Shown: positions 39,526 to 50,015 of the stretch, piece by piece
Position numbering within the stretch: the first letter of the stretch is position 1
Layout: every line of letters starts with the position of its first letter
Source: an uncultured Verrucomicrobiae bacterium
GTDB lineage: Bacteria > Verrucomicrobiota > Verrucomicrobiia > Chthoniobacterales > JAFAMB01
Reading direction: 5' to 3'
Assembly: GCA_963762565.1 (NCBI GenBank)
Contig: CAVXLD010000001.1
Span: forward strand, 320,001-384,000
Length of the DNA stretch: 64,000 nt
The notes under the pieces: generated by a model
What the model saw: the letters and a program-made list of their open reading frames with translations, nothing else
Told to the model about the DNA's origin: nothing
The model's database searches: none
Made by a program: the position numbers and the translations under genes

Positions 39526-40334
39526 ACCCAAGAATTTTAGCCGCAGCTCTGATTCTTGGAAGCGGCGGGATCGACAACGGTTTTGCCCAGGTGAGTGACC
39601 CTAACACTGACCCGAACCGCGATATCAAATTTGAACAACGCGTTGGTCAGATGGTCAGCGCAGACATCGACTTTACCAACGAGTCGGGCCGGCGCGCCGT
39701 GCTCGGAAACTATTTTCACCAACGCCCAATTGTTTTAGCCTTGGGCTACTATGAATGCCCGATGCTGTGCGGGGTCGTCCTAAACGCGCTCGTTCAGAGT
39801 TTGGAAGACTTACCGCCTACTTTGGCAAAGCGGGATTTTAACTTTCTCTTTGTCAGCATTGATCCCCGCGAAACGAGTGCCTTGGCCAAAGGCAAGCTCG
39901 AAGACTATCTTCGGCGTTACGGTTGGGCGCCTGCGGCTGAGCGCTGGCATTTTCTAACCGGTTCGGAGGCGTCCATTGGCCGTCTCGCCGCACAAGTTGG
40001 CTTTCATTACCGTTATGATGCCGTCTCGAAGCAATATGTTCATCCAAGCGGCCTCGTGGTCCTAACCCCTTCGGGTAGGATTTCGAGTTATCTGCTCGGG
40101 ATTGAATACCCCGCGAAAACCATCGATCACGCGATCACCCTCGCCCGCGACGAACGTGCTACCGCGCCGGCGGCAGCCTTTACCTTGCTCTGCTTTTCCC
40201 AGAATTTCGCTCCGGGAACGGTCGCATTTATCGTGCTAATGGTGCTACGCGTGGGGGCCGTCCTGACCCTGATGGGTCTGGCCATCATCATCTACCGCGC
40301 GAGCCGAGGGGCGAAGAGGAAAACCGTCCCATGA
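39522..40334 (+). CDS. SCO-family copper chaperone
   Basis: YYECPMLC, WHFLTG, YVHP. Confidence 0.9.
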   Translation: MNPRILAAALILGSGGIDNGFAQVSDPNTDPNRDIKFEQRVGQMVSADIDFTNESGRRAVLGNYFHQRPIVLALGYYECPMLCGVVLNALVQSLEDLPPTLAKRDFNFLFVSIDPRETSALAKGKLEDYLRRYGWAPAAERWHFLTGSEASIGRLAAQVGFHYRYDAVSKQYVHPSGLVVLTPSGRISSYLLGIEYPAKTIDHAITLARDERATAPAAAFTLLCFSQNFAPGTVAFIVLMVLRVGAVLTLMGLAIIIYRASRGAKRKTVP

Positions 40335-41305
40335 CACGGCTGGTCGTGATTGCTCAGATTCAGTTCTTCCCCAGCCAAGCCTCAAGATTGGCGAGCCAGG
40401 TGGATCTACTTGTCCTTTGTCTTCTGTTGGTGACCGGCGGCGTAGCCCTGGCGATCGCGGTTGTGACCGTTTTCTTTCTAATAAAATATCGCCGGCGGGC
40501 ATTCGCAGATCGAACGCCGCTGAAAGATTCCAGTTGGGCGGTCGAGGTGACTTGGAGTGTGATTCCATTTTTTATTTTCGTGGGTCTCTTCGGCTGGGGA
40601 GCGAAGATTTATTTTAATGAATCCCTCGACCCCCGAAACGCCATAGAGGTTCACGTCATCGGGAAACAGTGGATGTGGAAACTCGAGCATCTGCAGGGGA
40701 AGCGAGAAATCAACGAGCTCCATGTTCCGATCGGCCAAACCATTAAACTGGTGATGACCTCCCAGGATGTCATCCACAGCTTTTTCATGCCGAGTTTTCG
40801 CATCAAAGAAGATGTCCTGCCCGGGCGCTACACTACTCAGTGGTTTAAACCGACGGAGCTGGGAACCTATCCCATTTTCTGTTCCCAGTATTGCGGGACC
40901 AATCACGCCTTAATGATCGGGCAAGTCGTAGTAATGAACCCGGCCGATTTTGCCGCCTGGCTTAGCACCGGCCGGGAGACGCTATCTGTGGCGCAAACCG
41001 GAGAGCAGCTCTTTCATTCCTTTGGCTGCAGTGGTTGCCATTCGGCTCAGGCCGCCGTTCGCGCCCCTCTCTTGGAAGGTGTCTACGGCTCGCAAGTCCC
41101 TTTGCAGGACGGCCGCATCGTCAATGCCGATGACCACTATATCCGTGACTGCATCCTGGTCCCCAATACGCAAATCGTGGCGGGCTTCGATCCCGTGATG
41201 CCGAGCTTCCAAGGCCGTCTGTCGGAGGACGATCTCTTTGCTTTAATCACCTATATCAAAAGCATCGGCTCATCACGGCCGGCGTTAACCAGCCCCACCC
41301 CTTAA
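40331..41305 (+). CDS. coxB: Cytochrome c oxidase subunit II with fused cytochrome c (caa3 type)
   Basis: DVIHSF, CuA motif CSQYCGTNHALM, C-terminal CSGCH. Confidence 0.95.
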   Translation: MTRLVVIAQIQFFPSQASRLASQVDLLVLCLLLVTGGVALAIAVVTVFFLIKYRRRAFADRTPLKDSSWAVEVTWSVIPFFIFVGLFGWGAKIYFNESLDPRNAIEVHVIGKQWMWKLEHLQGKREINELHVPIGQTIKLVMTSQDVIHSFFMPSFRIKEDVLPGRYTTQWFKPTELGTYPIFCSQYCGTNHALMIGQVVVMNPADFAAWLSTGRETLSVAQTGEQLFHSFGCSGCHSAQAAVRAPLLEGVYGSQVPLQDGRIVNADDHYIRDCILVPNTQIVAGFDPVMPSFQGRLSEDDLFALITYIKSIGSSRPALTSPTP

Positions 41306-41403
41306 GACTCGAGCTTTTAACAATGGACACTCAACGACTACTCACTAACGCCGCCGGATCAAGTCACCGGCGTCGCCCGAAGCTGTCTTAGCCGCCACGC
41401 GTT

Positions 41404-43050
41404 ATGCCGTCTGTCCTTCAAAGTGTAAATCTGAGCGACCTTGAAAATCCGCCGTCCTATCTTAGCGAGCAAACGCTCAAGTCTTGGCTGTTAACGACAG
41501 ATCATAAGCGGATCGGGCTGCTTTACCTTTTCACGATTATTCTTTTTTTTGCGATCGCAGCAGTAGCAGCAGCGATCATGCGGCTGAATCTATTAACTCC
41601 GCGCGGTGATCTGGTCCAGGCGGAAACTTATAATAAGCTGTTTACCCTTCACGGTGTATTGATGGTCTGGTTTTTTCTCATTCCGTCGATCCCAAGCGTG
41701 CTCGGAAATTTTCTAGTTCCGCTGATGCTCGGAGCCAAAGATTTAGCCTTTCCCAAATTAAATTTGTTAAGCTGGTACATCTTTATTGCCGGCGGCGGGA
41801 TCGCTCTCTATGCACTCTTAGCCGGCGGTGTTGATACCGGTTGGACCTTTTATACTCCCTATAGCAGCACCTATTCGAATTCTCATGTCGCCCTTATGGC
41901 GGCCGGGATTTTCATCAATGGGTTTTCCTCGATCTTAACCGGTCTCAACTTCATTGTTACGACGCATAAACTGCGGGCGCCCGGCCTGACCTGGTTCCGG
42001 CTTCGGCTTTTTATCTGGTCAATGTACGCTACGAGCCTGATCATGGTCTTGGCGACGCCGGTCTTGGCCATGACTTTGACCTTGATGGCGTTAGAACGGA
42101 TCTGGCACGTCGGCGTTTTTGATCCTGCGCTGGGCGGCGATCCCCTTCTATTCCAACACTTGTTCTGGTTCTATTCGCATCCCGCCGTCTACATTATGAT
42201 TCTGCCCGGGATGGGTGTGGTGAGCGAGCTCATCTGCGCATTTTCTCGGAAACGCGTGTTTGGTTACCACTTCGTGGCGTTCTCCAGCCTGGCCATCGCG
42301 CTACTCGGTTTTCTTGTCTGGGGACATCACATGTTTGTGAGCAGTCAATCCGTCTTTGCCGGGATGATCTTTTCATTCTTAAGTTTTCTGGTGGCCGTCC
42401 CTTCGGCAATAAAGGTATTTAATTGGACTGCCACCCTCTACCGCGGGTCGATCGCGTTGGATACACCCATGCTGTATGCGATCGGGTTTGTGGGTCTCTT
42501 CACGATTGGCGGCATGACCGGCCTATTCTTGGCGACACTTGGCGTCGATGTTCACGTTCACGATACCTATTTTGTCATCGCCCATTTCCACTACATCATG
42601 GTCGGCGGAATGGTGATGGCCTTCATGGGCGGTCTCCATTTCTGGTGGCCGAAGATTTCCGGGCGAATGTATCCGGAATTACTCGGAAAAATGACGGCCC
42701 TCATCACTTTCCTGGGATTCAATCTCACTTTCTTTCCTCAATTCGTTCTGGGCTACCTAGGTATGCCGCGCCGTTACCATGCGTACCCCGAACAGTTTCA
42801 GGTCTATAACGTGCTTTCCACCGCCGGAGCTTCTATTCTCGGCTTAGGTTATCTGTTGCCGCTCTGTTATTTCCTATGGTCCTGCAGGTACGGCAAACAA
42901 GCAGGAAACAACCCCTGGGGAGCCAAAGGGTTCGAATGGGAAACCACTTCTCCGCCGCCGGTCGAAAATTTTGAAACACCGCCAGTGCAAACCGAGGAGG
43001 TCTATGCTTATCCTCCCCCAAGTTCTCAACCGGTCATAGAAACGCTATGA
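41404..43050 (+). CDS. coxA: Cytochrome c oxidase subunit I, type A2
   Basis: [23 protein letters not shown] (YS motif), WGHH, HFH, MPRRY. Confidence 0.97.
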   Translation: MPSVLQSVNLSDLENPPSYLSEQTLKSWLLTTDHKRIGLLYLFTIILFFAIAAVAAAIMRLNLLTPRGDLVQAETYNKLFTLHGVLMVWFFLIPSIPSVLGNFLVPLMLGAKDLAFPKLNLLSWYIFIAGGGIALYALLAGGVDTGWTFYTPYSSTYSNSHVALMAAGIFINGFSSILTGLNFIVTTHKLRAPGLTWFRLRLFIWSMYATSLIMVLATPVLAMTLTLMALERIWHVGVFDPALGGDPLLFQHLFWFYSHPAVYIMILPGMGVVSELICAFSRKRVFGYHFVAFSSLAIALLGFLVWGHHMFVSSQSVFAGMIFSFLSFLVAVPSAIKVFNWTATLYRGSIALDTPMLYAIGFVGLFTIGGMTGLFLATLGVDVHVHDTYFVIAHFHYIMVGGMVMAFMGGLHFWWPKISGRMYPELLGKMTALITFLGFNLTFFPQFVLGYLGMPRRYHAYPEQFQVYNVLSTAGASILGLGYLLPLCYFLWSCRYGKQAGNNPWGAKGFEWETTSPPPVENFETPPVQTEEVYAYPPPSSQPVIETL

Positions 43051-43691
43051 ACGAGCAAGCACTTCTTCACGAGCAATTCACTGACCTCGATCAGCAGCGA
43101 GAAAGTGCAACGGCCGGTATGTGGGTTTTTCTCGCCTCCGAAATTATGTTTTTTGGCGGTCTGATGCTCGCCTTTACCGTCTATCGATTGAACTATGCTC
43201 AGGCTTTCGATGCGGCTAGCCGACAGTTGAACGTGGTTTTGGGGAGTATTAACACGGCGGTCCTTTTTACCAGTGGATTAACCATGGCGCTGGCGGAGAC
43301 CGCCAATAAAATGGGAGCGAAACGCCGCGCCATTATTCTCCTTCTGGCGACCGGAGCGCTGGGGGTTCTGTTTCTCGGAATCAAAGCCGCGGAATACCAT
43401 GAAGATTGGACTAAAGGACTCTTCCCCGGCTCGACCTTTGCTTGGACGGCCCCGGACCAAGCCCATGTCCAGCTCTTCTTCGTCCTCTATTTTATTATGA
43501 CCGGCTTTCACGCTCTACATTTAACGGTTGGAATCGGCCTTATCGGAGTGATCGCATTATTGACAGCGACCGGCTGGGTCAATCGCCAACGCTATCTGCC
43601 GCTCGATGTCGCCGGCATTTACTGGCATTTTGTCGACCTCGTCTGGATTTTCCTGTTCCCGTTGCTTTATCTGTTAGGCGGAAAGACATGA
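43047..43691 (+). CDS. coxC: Cytochrome c oxidase subunit III
   Basis: [28 protein letters not shown]. Confidence 0.95.
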   Translation: MNEQALLHEQFTDLDQQRESATAGMWVFLASEIMFFGGLMLAFTVYRLNYAQAFDAASRQLNVVLGSINTAVLFTSGLTMALAETANKMGAKRRAIILLLATGALGVLFLGIKAAEYHEDWTKGLFPGSTFAWTAPDQAHVQLFFVLYFIMTGFHALHLTVGIGLIGVIALLTATGWVNRQRYLPLDVAGIYWHFVDLVWIFLFPLLYLLGGKT

Positions 43692-43975
43692 CTTTGAAAA
43701 ACCGGGACAGCAAAGTCGGAGTCATCTATTCGGCCCTCCTCGGCCTTTTGTTGGCTGGGCTTGGTTCTCTCTTTATCCACTTCGGTCCATGGCAGCCGGT
43801 CATTCCTCTCTTCATCGCGGTCGCGCAGGCTACCCTGGTCATTCTTTTTTTCATGCATGTCCGCAGGAGCTCCCAATTGATCTGGCTATTGGCCGGGAGC
43901 GGGTTCCTTTGGCTGGCTATTCTTTTGGTGTTAGTCCTCGCCGAATATGCAAGCCGACCTTGGTTTCGAGGATAA
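43688..43975 (+). CDS. coxD: Cytochrome c oxidase subunit IV
   Basis: ATGA overlap with coxC; 3 TM; LFFMHVR. Confidence 0.88.
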   Translation: MTLKNRDSKVGVIYSALLGLLLAGLGSLFIHFGPWQPVIPLFIAVAQATLVILFFMHVRRSSQLIWLLAGSGFLWLAILLVLVLAEYASRPWFRG

Positions 43976-44327
43976 GCCATCGGTCGTCACAGCGGATTTG
44001 TAAAAGCCGACCAATCAGCTCATTAGAGCCTCGGAGCCTCCCAATCGTCGTCGGCAGAAAAAAAAGAGAGACGCGCCAAAAAGCCTCTTTCACATAAACG
44101 ACTTGTGTCCGAAACGGAGTTACTAGATCAACAGAATTACCCTCTCGGGAAACGAGGCATCACTAGAAAGCGGCCCCATAGTACTGACACACTGCTTACT
44201 GCTTACTGCTCCTGTGCGAGGATCATGGGTATGGAATTATCACGTTTCTGTGACAATTCTCATCGCATAGAAACTATCCCATCACACAGACGGGACAGCC
44301 GCCGGTATTTCGGTGTCTGTCCTGGGT

Positions 44328-45332
44328 TTATGGCTGCCCGGATCCGCCCGCTGATCCGTAGATTTGCCCAGTCGCGTAACTCGCATCGTTGGCAGCCAGC
44401 TGCACATAAATAGACGCCAATTCTGCCGGCTGGCCGGGCCGGCCCAGTGGCGTTTCGCTCCCGAATTTTTGAAGTTTCTCCTGACTGTCACCGCCACTCA
44501 CCTGCAAGGGGGTCCAAATTGGACCGGGGGCAACGCCGTTAACCCGAATGCCTTTCGGCGCAAGCCGCTTTGCCAGCGATTTAACATAGTTCATCGTGGC
44601 TGCCTTCGTTTGCGCATAGTCATAAAGATCTGGCGATGGATTGTAAGCTTGCACTGAGGTCGTCCCAATGATCACCGATCCAGGCGGCAAGTGCGGCAGG
44701 GCAGCCTTTATAATCCAAAACGGCGCATAGATGTTCGTCTTTATCGTCCAATCGAACTGCTCAGTCGAGATATCTAACAAAGACGCGTGCGATTGCTGTC
44801 GCGCGGCATTACTGACCAAAATATCCAAACCGCCCAAAGCATTGCATGCATCGAGCACCAATTTTTGGCAGAAAGATTCTTCTCTTAGATCTCCTGGCAG
44901 AGCAATCCCCTTGTGGCCCGCCGATTGGATCAAGGCAATGACTTCCTGCGCATCTGGCTCTTCGGTCGGATAATAATTGATCGCCACGTCAGCTCCTTCC
45001 CGCGCAAATGCAATCGCCGCCGCGCGTCCTATGCCGGAGTCGCCCCCTGTAATTAACGCCTTTCGGCCGGCCAAGCGGCCTGAGCCTCGATAGGTCTCTT
45101 CCCCATGATCAGGACGTGGGTCCATCTTGCTGGCCAAGCCCGGCCAAGGCTGCGACTGGCTCTTGAAGGGTGGTTTTGGATACTTGCTCAGCGGATCTTG
45201 TAGTTCTTGCATGGGAAGTTCCTGCTTTGTGGTTCGCTCGGCGGCAAAGCTTCGGGAAGCGGCTGCCGCAACCAGCCCTGCCCCTAAACCGCGAATCGCT
45301 TTACGGCGATTAATCGGACTTCGTTCGTTCAT
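44328..45332 (-). CDS. SDR oxidoreductase, YghA type, with Tat-like leader
   Basis: PDHGEETYRGSGRL, TGGDSGIG, YAQTK; N-terminus NRRKAIRGLGAGLVAAAASRSFA. Confidence 0.92.
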   Translation of the reverse strand: MNERSPINRRKAIRGLGAGLVAAAASRSFAAERTTKQELPMQELQDPLSKYPKPPFKSQSQPWPGLASKMDPRPDHGEETYRGSGRLAGRKALITGGDSGIGRAAAIAFAREGADVAINYYPTEEPDAQEVIALIQSAGHKGIALPGDLREESFCQKLVLDACNALGGLDILVSNAARQQSHASLLDISTEQFDWTIKTNIYAPFWIIKAALPHLPPGSVIIGTTSVQAYNPSPDLYDYAQTKAATMNYVKSLAKRLAPKGIRVNGVAPGPIWTPLQVSGGDSQEKLQKFGSETPLGRPGQPAELASIYVQLAANDASYATGQIYGSAGGSGQP

Positions 45333-45681
45333 AAACGGGACCTTTAGCTAAGTTTGTTACCCGATCTTTCCGCGATTCAATTCAGGCCTTGTTAGATCGC
45401 GGCGCTCGCTCGGGCTCGGTTGAGGGGTTCGCATCCAAGGCAGTTCTTGGACGGGAAGTCGCGATTGTTCCGATGGTCGAGCGGCGAAATGCTGGTTTTC
45501 CTGGGAGCTGGTTAGTCCGTCCTCGTCTTCGCTCCAATTCGCGCGACCAAACCTTAGGCTTTTTAGAAACGGTCCAGATTGCTGATTGAAGACCGCTAAG
45601 GTCTCGACCCGCGAATCTGCAATGGCATGACGGATCGGCTATCTCTCAACTACCGGGGCCGAGCAACGAAAGAGCTGGTTC

Positions 45682-45909
45682 GTGTGCGCGGACCCAAAAT
45701 CTACAAATTCTTTGAAAAAGCGTAAGAGTTCGCGCAAGCGCCATGCGCAAGCGGGTCGCTCAATCGGACCCGACCAGCCAAGAGAAGCCGCGATCGAGGC
45801 AATCGCCCGACACCTGCATGAACTAAAGCCGGAGGAAGCGGCCGTGATCACGTTGCTTCGGCAAGAGCTGGCCCGGCGCTCCGGAAACGGTCAAGGCTCT
45901 AAGACATGA
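45682..45909 (+). pseudogene. Possible DNA topoisomerase IB C-terminal remnant
   Basis: AAIEAIARHL / ELKPEEAAVITLL resemble two separated segments of bacterial TopIB C-termini. Confidence 0.3.
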
Positions 45910-46853
45910 GAATTGCGCTCGTTCACAATCCTAAGGCTGGTAACGGGACGTTCAAGGTTTCCGAGTTCGTTCGACAGATTGAGAACGCCGGACACCAGGT
46001 GTTGTACGTGTCGATTAAAGAAGCAGATTGGCCGAAAATCTTCGGGGAGCTGGTTGACCGAGTGATCATCGCCGGGGGCGACGGCAGCGTCAGTCGCATT
46101 GCGCCCTGGTTAGCAGCCCGGCGTTTGCCGTTTTGCATTCTTGCTCTCGGCACTGCCAATAATTGCGCAAGAGGTCTCGGACAAATGCAGGCCGCCGAGA
46201 GGCTGATAGCGAGTATTTCTTCGGCTCCAACCAGGAAGATCGACCTTGGCCTGGTCACCAGTCCGGGCGGCCAGCGCTGCTTCATCGAATCCGCCGGTGT
46301 CGGATTTTTGCCGCGTTTTATGGACGAGATGCGGGCATCCCAAAAGAAAAACGGTTCTAAATTTCGGAGCGGCGCACACAAAAGATTAGCTGACGCCAAG
46401 AAGTACCTCTGGGCTATGGCTAAAGAAACTCCGGCGTTCGAAGGTGAGATCCTCCTTGATGCAGAGAAAATCAGCGACGAAGTCCTCCTTTTCGAAATCG
46501 CCAATATCGGATTAATCGGCCCAAGTCTCGATCTAGCACCCGGCGCAGACCCAAGCGATGGCTTCCTTAACGTGGCTTGGGTAAGGGGCGAGCATCGGAA
46601 AGAATGGCTCAACTATCTAAAACACTTAAGAACAAACGGAAAAGCTTCGGCGCCGGTTGAGCAGCGACGGTGCCGACAGATCACCTTTCGCCAATTAGAT
46701 GTTCCGTTGCATGTCGACGGCAAAGTATTTCCCGAAATAGAAACGCCGTGTTGCGTCACGGTTTACCCTGGCGCACTTGATTTGATCGATTTTAGCAAAC
46801 CGTTAACCGAGACCTTGGATGTGCATTCGATCTCCTCATTGTCTAACCGGTAA
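45906..46853 (+). CDS. Diacylglycerol kinase-family protein
   Basis: NPKAG, AGGDGS, LGTANN, DPSDG, HVDG. Confidence 0.9.
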   Translation: MRIALVHNPKAGNGTFKVSEFVRQIENAGHQVLYVSIKEADWPKIFGELVDRVIIAGGDGSVSRIAPWLAARRLPFCILALGTANNCARGLGQMQAAERLIASISSAPTRKIDLGLVTSPGGQRCFIESAGVGFLPRFMDEMRASQKKNGSKFRSGAHKRLADAKKYLWAMAKETPAFEGEILLDAEKISDEVLLFEIANIGLIGPSLDLAPGADPSDGFLNVAWVRGEHRKEWLNYLKHLRTNGKASAPVEQRRCRQITFRQLDVPLHVDGKVFPEIETPCCVTVYPGALDLIDFSKPLTETLDVHSISSLSNR

Positions 46854-47004
46854 TTTCTACTACACAAAGGCGCCGCCGCACTCGCGGGGTTTAAACCACC
46901 TCAAATTCTTAACTTCCTGCGGATTGAGGAGCTGCGAAAATGGGCTTCACAAATTTCGCAGCCCCATTGATCCACGGGTAAAATATTTGGCGAGTTTAGA
47001 GAGA

Positions 47005-47523
47005 CTATTTTCCCGCCACCCTAGTCGCGGTGAGATTTACGTCGCTTTCGGCTACCGCCGTTAGTTTTTCGTCCGCGGCTCTCTCCTCTTCAAGTGTCTT
47101 TTGCAGGATCTCGACAATGTCATGCAGTCCCAGTCTCTTTGCCAACGTCCGAGCGGTTCCATATCCGGCCATCTCGTAATGCTCGACTCGCTGGGCGGCT
47201 CCGATTAAGCCGGCATCGCGGACATCCGGCTGGCCTTTGGCTTTGATGAATTCTTCGCCTTCTTTTACCAGACCCTTCATCGCCTCGCACGTTTCGCCGC
47301 TCGCTTTTTCGCTAAGACTCTTGAAAGCGTCGTCAAGGCGACTCACGTGCTTTCTGGTCTCTTCCAAATGGTGATTGAACGCGTTCCTCAGTTCTGTTGA
47401 GGAAGCCGCTTCGGCCATTTTTGGTAGCGCCTCAACCAGCTGCTCTTCCGCGTTGTGTAGATCGCGCAATTCAGCGATCAGAAGGTCCTTTACCGATTCT
47501 AGTTTTAGGGATGTGATTCTCAT
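47005..47523 (-). CDS. yciF: Ferritin-like YciE/YciF (DUF892) stress protein
   Basis: ELRDLHNAEEQ, HLEET..H, CEAMKGL, AQRVEHYEMAGYG. Confidence 0.93.
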   Translation of the reverse strand: MRITSLKLESVKDLLIAELRDLHNAEEQLVEALPKMAEAASSTELRNAFNHHLEETRKHVSRLDDAFKSLSEKASGETCEAMKGLVKEGEEFIKAKGQPDVRDAGLIGAAQRVEHYEMAGYGTARTLAKRLGLHDIVEILQKTLEEERAADEKLTAVAESDVNLTATRVAGK

Positions 47524-47676
47524 ATCTTCCAGAATTCGCCGATTGGGAAGCGATCGGTTCTGTTTGTCCTGTCTATCTCGCTTATATAGCCGAACAGATC
47601 CGTTCTGCAGGAGAAGGCAGTGTTTGCTAGCGATTTGTGTCAGCCACTTTTCGGCGAGCGTTTTAAGCCGCTTATT

Positions 47677-48348
47677 TCAAAACATCGCGCTGTCGGAGTC
47701 GTCGGACAGGAGACGTGGTCCGAGTTGGCGGAAAGACCACGGCGCATCTGGGGCGATACGATCAAACCGCATCACCAAGTCGTAGCGTTCGCCATCCCAC
47801 CTGACTGGCAATCCTTTGATGGGTTGATCCCTGGCGATGGCCGGCAAAAGCGTTTTGGTGATCGCATTGTGCTCCCAGGCAATGAGCACCACCCCAGTCT
47901 CGCTCGTAACCAGCGAAGCCAATTCCAGCTCTTGTCCTACTGCGTAGTCGGTTACTATCCTAAGGCTTAATCTTTCCGCAACCGGGATCACCGTCTGGAA
48001 CGGACGTTGACTTGGTTCCTCACCGGTGGTCGCAGTTGGGTCCGCTGCATAGATCACTGAGGGTCTGGGATAGTCACCATCTCGAATGTTCCCGGCGAAT
48101 AAGGTGGCCCAGGCACCCGCCCGTTGCCAACCTCGCACAACGAGCGATTTTTCATCCTCCGTTCCTTCCGGAGTGAGGCCAGGACCTGGCCATCGATGTC
48201 CCGCCTTTTCTGCGTGCCGAATGATTAGGATCGAAAGAGAAAAGTCGCTCACCGAGTACTTGAGAGTAGAGTTCATCCTCGAATCCCCTTCCTTAATTCG
48301 TTTCCCGTCGAACATTTGGCCGCCTTTCTCTCGCCCTTTAAAGGGCAA
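47677..48348 (-). CDS. Histidine phosphatase-superfamily protein
   Basis: IIRHAEK, RPFQTV.P, LIAWEH; true start probably downstream (about 48276). Confidence 0.75.
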   Translation of the reverse strand: MPFKGREKGGQMFDGKRIKEGDSRMNSTLKYSVSDFSLSILIIRHAEKAGHRWPGPGLTPEGTEDEKSLVVRGWQRAGAWATLFAGNIRDGDYPRPSVIYAADPTATTGEEPSQRPFQTVIPVAERLSLRIVTDYAVGQELELASLVTSETGVVLIAWEHNAITKTLLPAIARDQPIKGLPVRWDGERYDLVMRFDRIAPDAPWSFRQLGPRLLSDDSDSAMF

Positions 48349-48460
48349 CCGCTTCGGGGCTGGATACTATCCTCTGTCATGCTGAAGACTCGCTCCAAGA
48401 CCGGGGAACGCCTTATCCACGAACCAGGATAAATGCCCCGAAGCACCACAGAAGGTTCCA

Positions 48461-48925
48461 ATGAAAAGCCAACTTATCAGCGACAACTACGACCGACCTG
48501 CCGGAACCAATCAGAAAAGTTTTGCGATCGTTTTTGATGATGGAGATGAGGTGATAGCCGGGCTCAAGAAATTCGCCGGACAAGAACGCCTTGCAGCCAG
48601 TCATTTTACCGCCATCGGCGCGTTTAAGGACGTAACCCTTGGATACTTTGACTGGGAGAAGAAAGACTACATCAAAATACCGGTCCAGGAACAGGTCGAG
48701 GTTCTTTCGCTCATCGGCGATATTACCTTAAACGACTGGAAACCAAACATCCATGCCCACGTGGTCTTAGGAAAACGGGATGGTAGCACGGCGGGAGGCC
48801 ATTTGATCGAGGCGCGCGTACGGCCCACTCTCGAAGTGATTTTGACCGAATCTCCCGAGCACCTAATTCGACGGCACGACAAACGGTCAGGACTTGCATT
48901 GATATCACTGAGAGACAGTCAATAG
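48461..48925 (+). CDS. PPC-domain (DUF296) protein
   Basis: AIGAF, EVLSLIGDI, HAHVVLG, GGHL. Confidence 0.92.
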   Translation: MKSQLISDNYDRPAGTNQKSFAIVFDDGDEVIAGLKKFAGQERLAASHFTAIGAFKDVTLGYFDWEKKDYIKIPVQEQVEVLSLIGDITLNDWKPNIHAHVVLGKRDGSTAGGHLIEARVRPTLEVILTESPEHLIRRHDKRSGLALISLRDSQ

Positions 48926-49059
48926 ATCCGATGGAATCAGCCTCATGATCGAGGTTCCAATCATTACTTCTGCTGTGTAGCCGAAGATCCGTTCCGCAAC
49001 CTGAATCCAACTTGTCTATCAGGGGAGCGTGAAGACACCGATGGACGCGCCTACGCCCT

Positions 49060-49755
49060 TCAGGGATTCCATTCAACTTTGATCACACCTGGCTCAGCGA
49101 GAATTGTCTGAAGGAATTTCGGCGGTCGTACATCGTGAGAGTAAGCACGCCACCGCACTTCGGCTCGCAGTTCGCGCTGCGAGGTGGGTTTCGTGCAGCT
49201 GAAACTCCATGGCCCGATCTCGTAACCTCCCTCTTTCAAGTTTTCGGCGATTTCATCTTCGGTGGGACCGTTCTCCTCAACCGCGACCGTCAACGTCGCA
49301 TGACGATCCTGTTTGCGGCGCTTCTCTACCAATTTTAAGCCATCCAGTGTGAACAAACCTATCACCAATACCGCCGAGCCAAGGACTAACTGTCCCCCTC
49401 CAAAACACAAACCGAGAGCGGTCGCGAACCAAAGGGTAGCTGCAGTTGTCAGGCCGTGCACTAAACTGCCTTTCCGAACAATTGCGCCGGCGCCAATAAA
49501 ACCCATGCCCGATAAAATGCCCAACGGAAGCCGCATGAGGTCTAACACGGAAAAGGATTCCGGAGTCTTGCCCGATACGGGCAACAAAAGATTAACCTGA
49601 AGCATGCTGACCGAAGCCGCCAAACATACCAGTAAGGTTGTCCGCAAACCGGCTGCGTGGCCGTGTTCGCTTCGATTAAGACCCAGGAGCGCTCCTGCTA
49701 CAACCGTAAGGAGCAGTCGCAGCGCGATCTCAGGCCATTCGATTGAATAAGGCAT
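49060..49755 (-). CDS. MgtC/SapB family membrane protein
   Basis: AGLRT, GMGFIGAGAI, GLTTAATLW. Confidence 0.93.
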   Translation of the reverse strand: MPYSIEWPEIALRLLLTVVAGALLGLNRSEHGHAAGLRTTLLVCLAASVSMLQVNLLLPVSGKTPESFSVLDLMRLPLGILSGMGFIGAGAIVRKGSLVHGLTTAATLWFATALGLCFGGGQLVLGSAVLVIGLFTLDGLKLVEKRRKQDRHATLTVAVEENGPTEDEIAENLKEGGYEIGPWSFSCTKPTSQRELRAEVRWRAYSHDVRPPKFLQTILAEPGVIKVEWNP

Positions 49756-50015
49756 AGAATTAATAATGCCATCTGTGCGCCGATCACTCCAGCGGCCCCT
49801 CGTTGATTTCACCAGTCGACAATCTGTTTACCGATCCGCCGCGCGGCTAAAACATTAGGCTAACCACCAGTCACTTCCTGACGCACACAATCACGCGCGG
49901 CAGCCAAAATGAAGACGAGAGGCGTCGGCATAAACGGACGAAGCTTTCCGACTAAGAACTCCGAATTGGAGCTTTCTCTAAACGTTGTTTTTCAAGCGCG
50001 AAAGAAGAGCTACCT

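Noticed and set aside
45923..46612. 229-aa minus-strand ORF
   Set aside because: Antisense shadow of the DAG kinase gene
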